A stretch of DNA of 64,000 nucleotides, taken from positions 14,735,692 to 14,799,691 of the forward strand of contig MU062295.1 in assembly GCA_013265495.1 (NCBI GenBank), given 5' to 3'. This DNA is from Vicugna vicugna. Its lineage: Eukaryota. Of this stretch, positions 60,301-64,000 are shown in pieces. A program made the position numbers and the translations under genes. Each line of letters begins with the position of its first letter. Position 1 is the stretch's first letter. Below the pieces are notes generated by a model. The model was not told where the DNA came from. It worked only from the letters and a program-made list of their open reading frames with translations, and did not search any database.

Positions 60301-62027
60301 AAGCCTGACAGCAAAGTTATTGAGTACCTACTATGTGGTAGGCCTTCACTCCCTTAGCAGGTTAAAGCATTTAGTCCTCACAACAGATTGAAGAGTTCTA
60401 GGCACTATTGTTATTCCTGTTGATCAGTAGGTAGAACTCAGTTACAGAAGTTAAATAACTTGTTCCTGGCCACAAAGTAAGTGGCAGAGCCAGTATTTAA
60501 TACAGGCAGTCCAGCTCCAGAACTCACATTTTTTAACCTATACACACTACTCAGAACAGTATTTTGAACTTTTTTTTAGCATTAAACATAAAGCAATTTC
60601 TAAAAGAATCTTTCAAAGAATGCGTATTATAAAAAAGAAAGGAGGACTTGCCTTGTTATTTATCACAATCTACCACAAAGCTATAGTAATAAAAATTTTA
60701 TGGTACTAGAGCAGGAACAGATCAGCAGAACGGAATACATGGGATGCTGGTGTTATCAGAGATGATATTGCCACTTAATGAGAGAAGGATGGTGCTGGGG
60801 CAGTTGGCCCTCCATGTGAAAAAATAAAAATTAGATCCTTTTAACATGTTAAAAAATCAATTGCAAAATGAATTAAAGCCCTAAATATGAAAAATTAAAC
60901 TGTAAAAATCTTAGAAGAAAACAGGAAATTATGATAACAGGGTAGGAACAGAGTTTTAAAAACCAAAAAAGCTTAAACTATACAGATTATTAAAGATTAT
61001 TAAATTTATTAACTACTGTAAAACAGAAATGTCTGCATGACCAAATCTGAATAAAATAAAAATCTACAAATTGAGAGAAGACATTTACTTACCCCTCTGA
61101 CTGACGAAGGATTAGAATCCAGGTTCATAAAGAATACCTACATATCAAACAGAAAATAACTCAGTAGAGAAGTAGACAAAGACTAGGGATTGCCAAGAAA
61201 ATTTTTCAAAATTTTTGGAGATATTCTCAAATTTTCAAAAAAATTAAAAGACACTCAACCCCCCCGGTAATCAGAGAAATGCAATTGCTCTGCAAATTAA
61301 GATAACAATGAACTACCATTTCAAATTTAGCAGATTGGGAACAATCTATTTCTTATACATTGTATCCATATAACCACTCTGGGAAACAATTTGGCAACTT
61401 TAGTAAAATTCATTGTGGGTTTACCTATATGATTCTGGTGTCACAGGTGAAACTCTTGGCAGAGAATAAGAGGACATGAACTATAATATTCATTATAGCC
61501 GTTTGTACTAGTGAATGAATAAACTTATTAATAAAATGGATGCTGAAAGCAGTTAGAACTAAGTGATCTAGATCTACTTGTAACAATGAATAATTTTTAA
61601 AAGCATAATGTTAAGTAACAGAAGCAAGTTACAAAAGATATATAAAATAATGACATTTCTGAGTAAAATTTTAAAACACATATTTCTATGCTGGCAATAG
61701 AAAGTAGAGGAGGATGGAATACTTCTCTAAATAAAGGCCAAAATTTTAACATCCATTTAAACTTGAAGATAGATATAAAAGATGTTTAATATATTCTGTT
61801 TTATTTATTTGAAATATTTTATTTTAAATTTATTGATGGAAACTATTGATATTTCTCCACAGATTCTTTCTTTAGTCATGGTAACAGTTTTCATGGTACA
61901 GGTGGCCGTGGCAACAAATTTGCCCAGATGCGTTACAGTTTAAGACTCTTGAGAGCCATGGTCTACCTTGAGAATGAGACTATAAACAAAGATCTTTGTG
62001 AAAAGGGAACAGTTCAGCAACTGCTAG
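32933..62027 (+). CDS. CFAP69: CFAP69 (cilia- and flagella-associated protein 69, ARM-repeat), exons 1-13, 3'-partial; 1537 nt, 512 codons + 1 nt
   Basis: 13 exons (120,60,66,110,77,99,150,178,124,49,122,217,165 nt) join in one uninterrupted frame with compatible phases; translation matches recalled human CFAP69; position downstream of STEAP2 is syntenic. Confidence 0.97.
35033..35208. mobile_element. MER5A/B MITE
   Basis: caatggttattcaaaccttaatatgcat...acagattctgattctgtaggtct...ttctaacaag...ggtgatgc. Confidence 0.75.
36200..36790 (+). mobile_element. L2 fragments (3' region)
   Basis: gggcctttgcacttgctatgcccactgcctggaa; ends gtgcttagaacaatggcacagtagaggcacacaataatatttgtagagtaaat; boundaries approximate. 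Confidence 0.7.
37000..37200 (+). mobile_element. MIR SINE
   Basis: cccacttaccagctctgtgaccttaacaagtta...ccccagttt...ataataattctacttgc...ggattgattaagat. Confidence 0.7.
37848..38288 (-). mobile_element. ERV1-class solo LTR (MER89/MER90-like)
   Basis: Minus strand starts TGAGAGACTGGACATATAAACGGACAATGGCCAGAC and ends TTCCACA; repeated gctgcagaagttgtgg / gctgcagaggttgtag motif. Confidence 0.65.
41079..41138 (+). CDS. CFAP69: CFAP69 exon 2 (GVFTSMDLNRVIKLLEETEK)
   Basis: ttttttag|GGT ... AAA|GTAAGC; phase 0. Confidence 0.95.
42080..42330 (+). mobile_element. MIR SINE
   Basis: tctggagtcagactgcc...atttactagctgtgtgatcttggacaa...tacttccctaatagggttgctatgaagattaatga-like core. Confidence 0.75.
42580..42645 (+). 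CDS. CFAP69: CFAP69 exon 3 (DDLEEKQLKSVKKVVQCYQNGL)
   Basis: ttgttttag|GAT ... CTT|GTATCCTTT (U12-type donor). Confidence 0.93.
42646..43785 (+). other. CFAP69: U12-type (minor spliceosome) GT-AG intron, CFAP69 intron 3
   Basis: 5'ss GTATCCTTT; branch site TTTCTTAAC at 43763-43771, 14 nt before the exon; no polypyrimidine tract (taaaaatattaaag). Confidence 0.9.
42709..42790 (-). mobile_element. MLT1-family LTR fragment inside the U12 intron
   Basis: tagtttcttattgctgctgtaacaaattaccacaaac...ccttaaaacaacataaattt. Confidence 0.75.
43786..43895 (+). CDS. CFAP69: CFAP69 exon 4 (PLRDLAQIFKILNLCAGKIKKQPHFIEPAYNILKLC-G)
   Basis: AAG|CCC ... TGTGG|GTAAGT; ends phase 2. Confidence 0.95.
46405..46481 (+). 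CDS. CFAP69: CFAP69 exon 5 (LPFLKKKVSDEITYAEDTANSIALL)
   Basis: actgaag|C ... CTGG|GTGAGT; phase 2 to 1. Confidence 0.95.
48940..49100 (-). mobile_element. MIR SINE
   Basis: atttaattctcacagcaatc...ccattttatagatgagaaaact...gtaagtggcagagccaggatt. Confidence 0.8.
49335..49433 (+). CDS. CFAP69: CFAP69 exon 6 (DLMKVPSSELRIQICKCIIDFYHAEPPKQHIP)
   Basis: ttctggcag|GT ... CCAG|GTGAAG; phase 1 to 1. Confidence 0.95.
52087..52300. mobile_element. MER58A hAT-Charlie MITE
   Basis: tagggattagcaaactatg...tgtaaataaacattttttagagcacagccac...atacttactacctggccttttatagaaaaagtttgcctatccctg. Confidence 0.85.
52447..52596 (+). CDS. CFAP69: CFAP69 exon 7 (YQQASSLYKIKMAEVGG...LQHLSTS)
   Basis: ttgttag|GT ... TCTG|GTTTGT. 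Confidence 0.95.
52701..52878 (+). CDS. CFAP69: CFAP69 exon 8 (VNCTLMVKAQAASGICAHLDDPDPSGQLLFRSSEILWNLLEK...LECV-L)
   Basis: ttattttcag|AA ... GCT|GTAAGT; preceded by a 104-nt intron; cumulative CDS 860 nt. Confidence 0.95.
54561..54684 (+). CDS. CFAP69: CFAP69 exon 9 (ALKEVFKNLLTRGFSHYDRQLRNDILVITTIIAQNPGAPMI)
   Basis: tattttctag|G ... ATT|GTAAGT. Confidence 0.96.
54890..55790 (-). mobile_element. Old L1 (L1M) 5'/ORF1 region fragment, antisense
   Basis: Minus ORF 55149-55400 contains HIIVKLLKTKD...AREQ, an L1 ORF1p C-terminal motif; L1M-type DNA motifs. Confidence 0.75.
56783..56831 (+). CDS. CFAP69: CFAP69 exon 10 (ECGFTRDLILFATFNE)
   Basis: atattag|GAA ... GAAG|GTAAAA. Confidence 0.93.
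56929..57050 (+). CDS. CFAP69: CFAP69 exon 11 (KSQNPLVKGLKLSNSYEDFELKKLLFNIIVILCKDLSTIQ)
   Basis: ccctcacag|TT ... CAG|GTAAAG; preceded by a 97-nt intron. Confidence 0.96.
57800..57970 (+). mobile_element. MIR SINE
   Basis: gtatagtatagtggttaaggc...gtcacttgctagctacgtgatcctgaataagttgcttagtttctct...aaaatgggga. Confidence 0.8.
59268..59484 (+). CDS. CFAP69: CFAP69 exon 12 (LLIDGKVILALFSYVKKPEKQKIIEWSAAQYEELQLHAIATLSSVAP...WCESE)
   Basis: ctttctcatag|CTA ... GAAG|GTAAGT. Confidence 0.96.
60300..60550 (-). mobile_element. MIR SINE
   Basis: tattgagtacctactatgtg...tcctcacaacag...aagttaaataacttgttcctggccacaaagtaagtggcagagccag. Confidence 0.75.
60590..61790 (+). mobile_element. Degraded L1ME (ORF2 3' part and 3'UTR)
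   Basis: aaaggaggacttgcc...acaaagctatagtaataaaaa...ggtact, aaaatcttagaagaaaac, gtaatcagagaaatgcaa, aacaatttggcaac; boundaries approximate. Confidence 0.7.
61863..62027 (+). CDS. CFAP69: CFAP69 exon 13 (SFFSHGNSFHGTGGRGNKFAQMRYSLRLLRAMVYLENETINKDLCEKGTVQQLL)
   Basis: ttctccacag|AT ... CTAG|GTAAAA; gene continues past the window. Confidence 0.96.
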
Positions 62028-64000
62028 GTAAAATATAACATGTTCATGTCCTGATGAAAGTAGAATGTTTATAAATTTGAAATTTTGTTTGAAATGTTTT
62101 TCTACACATTAATTTTGTCCTATAACTGACAAACTCCTAAATATTTACTTGATTTTTGTCTCATATTATTGCTGTAAGTCAGTTTTTCTTTACTGAAACA
62201 TCATGATCTCTTGTCCTTTAAACATTTGTTTACTTCGTTCAGGTACCATTTCATTTAGGATTATCCTCTTTTTATGTAATGGGCTATTGTTATGTTTCCT
62301 TCTTCTAGTGGTAAGATCACCACTTTTTGGCCAGGCCTTCTGGAGTCATTTTAAAAGAGGATAACATTACATTTTCTAGTGCATTTGATATACCAGACCA
62401 CTGGTATGCTGGTGTATAGAGAAATGTTTATGGGAGATTCTTTTCTGATGTGAAACATCAAGATATCCTTGATTTTCAATTTAGAGTTGACTATGCTGTC
62501 ACCACACATGTGAGCTCAGTGTAAAATTCAGAAGCCTAAAGCTTAAACAAAAGCTTTATATGTTTCATTAATTAAAAAATAAATAGTCCTCTGGCCCTAG
62601 CCTTCCCTGACTTTGAGAAGTAAGGGTTGTATTATTCATGTTCAGTGACTGTCTCATGAGTAAGTGATATAATTTGCTGGATGTCAATTAATTACAAATG
62701 CTTACTCAAAAACTCTTCTACCTATTAAGTGCCTGCTCTTCCGTTTACTAGACTGGAGTGGTGCCCTCTAATAATAAAACTAGTAAGCAAAACATGTACA
62801 TTGAAAAGGAGGTTAGGCAAAAGCATTCACTTTCTTGATTAGTTTACATAGGATGACCGAACCTGAAAGTAGATTTTTACCACTTCTGTGCACAGTCCAT
62901 TGTACAGAACTCAGTGATAAGGCCCCCGCCTAAATGGATGAATACAATATTCCATATGTCCAGGAAGAAGTCTTAACTTTACCCAAGTGGCAAATTGGAT
63001 AGGGAAATCAAATAACAATGGTTCTTTTTTCCTTAGGACCTTTTTCCTTTAACTTGAAAGAAGCTGATATTTATCACGTGAGTTCTTAGGGCAGGGACCT
63101 TCTCTTACTTGAATCTAACAGAGGGCTCTGTAGTAGTAATACACTCAAAAAATAGGAATTGCATTGTAAATGTAAATGTTTATACACTTTTTGTGTAGGC
63201 ACTAGTGTCATAAACATGTATAGAGCAGGGCTCTCGGGACTTTGCCCTTAATTAGAACAAAAGGAAAGATATATGTCAAACAGTATGTGTTACCCTGCTC
63301 CATTGGTAAGGCAATAGTGAGTAACAGAAAGTATATGCCACAGAAACGAAGAGGTTTTGGGTACTTTTCAAGGCTGGGCAATCTTAACTGGAACCTTTAT
63401 GGAGTTAGGGTATGAGGATAAGGCTAGTTTCAAGAGGAAAAATGAAAGAGTTTGATATTTCAAGCAAGGGGACAGCATGAGCAGAAGCATGAAGCCAAAA
63501 TACGCATGATGATGTGTTCAGAGCTAGCTTAAGTGAGTCAAAGTTTTATAAAGACAATATGAGATAAAGTTAATTGTCTAGTCAGAGGCCAAGCTTTAAA
63601 AAAAAAGAGTTCTGCATGGCAAACAGAGTTTGAACTACATCCTCTTTAAGCATGGGGAGCTATCTGTGGTTTTGACCAGGGAAGTTATATATGTACAATG
63701 CTGTTTTAGAAAGAGGAAATCTGAAAGAAATATATTGGGTGATTTAGAATAGAACAAGGAGATGGTAAAGGCAGGGAGTTAAAGATAACTGAAATATGAA
63801 GGAAATAATTCACTATTAACATACCATGTGTCACAGACAACAGGGAAAGTGACATGCCTGTACCCAGGTAGGAAGGAGAAGGAGATATTCTAGAAAGGAG
63901 AAGCAGACTTGAAGCCAGCCAGGTTGGATTCCTAGAAGGTGCTTCCTAGTAAGGGAACATAGGCCCTCTGTCCTTTACATGACTCTCCTTAGCCTCCAGC

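Overview
Mammalian (vertebrate, intron-rich) genomic DNA, most likely a camelid. The evidence is a tRNA-Ala-type Vic-1-like SINE, a laurasiatherian-type L1 3' end, and no Alu, Bov-tA, PRE-1 or Can-SINE recognised. Two tandem + strand genes fill the window. (1) STEAP2, complete CDS in 4 coding exons: join(12295..12786,15271..15798,18693..18857,20842..21129), 1473 nt, 490 aa. Its CpG-island first exon lies at the left edge and its ~5.6 kb 3'UTR ends near 26.7 kb. (2) The first 13 exons of CFAP69: ATG 32933, 1537 nt of CDS, running off the right edge. The rest is intronic or intergenic DNA with L1, L2, MIR, MER5/MER8/MER44/MER58 DNA transposons, MaLR/ERV solo LTRs and four short N runs. Almost all entries in the ORF track are spurious or exon read-throughs. 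No CRISPR array, rRNA or true tRNA gene was seen, and no wholly new multi-gene system. The most notable signals are RNA-processing features: a U12-type minor-spliceosome intron in CFAP69; a distal STEAP2 alternative terminal exon usable in two frames, one open and one with an early stop; and a possible upstream in-frame ATG giving a 14-aa N-terminal extension of STEAP2. Exon coordinates were read by hand from the sequence. Comparisons to human proteins and repeat family names are from memory, not from searches.
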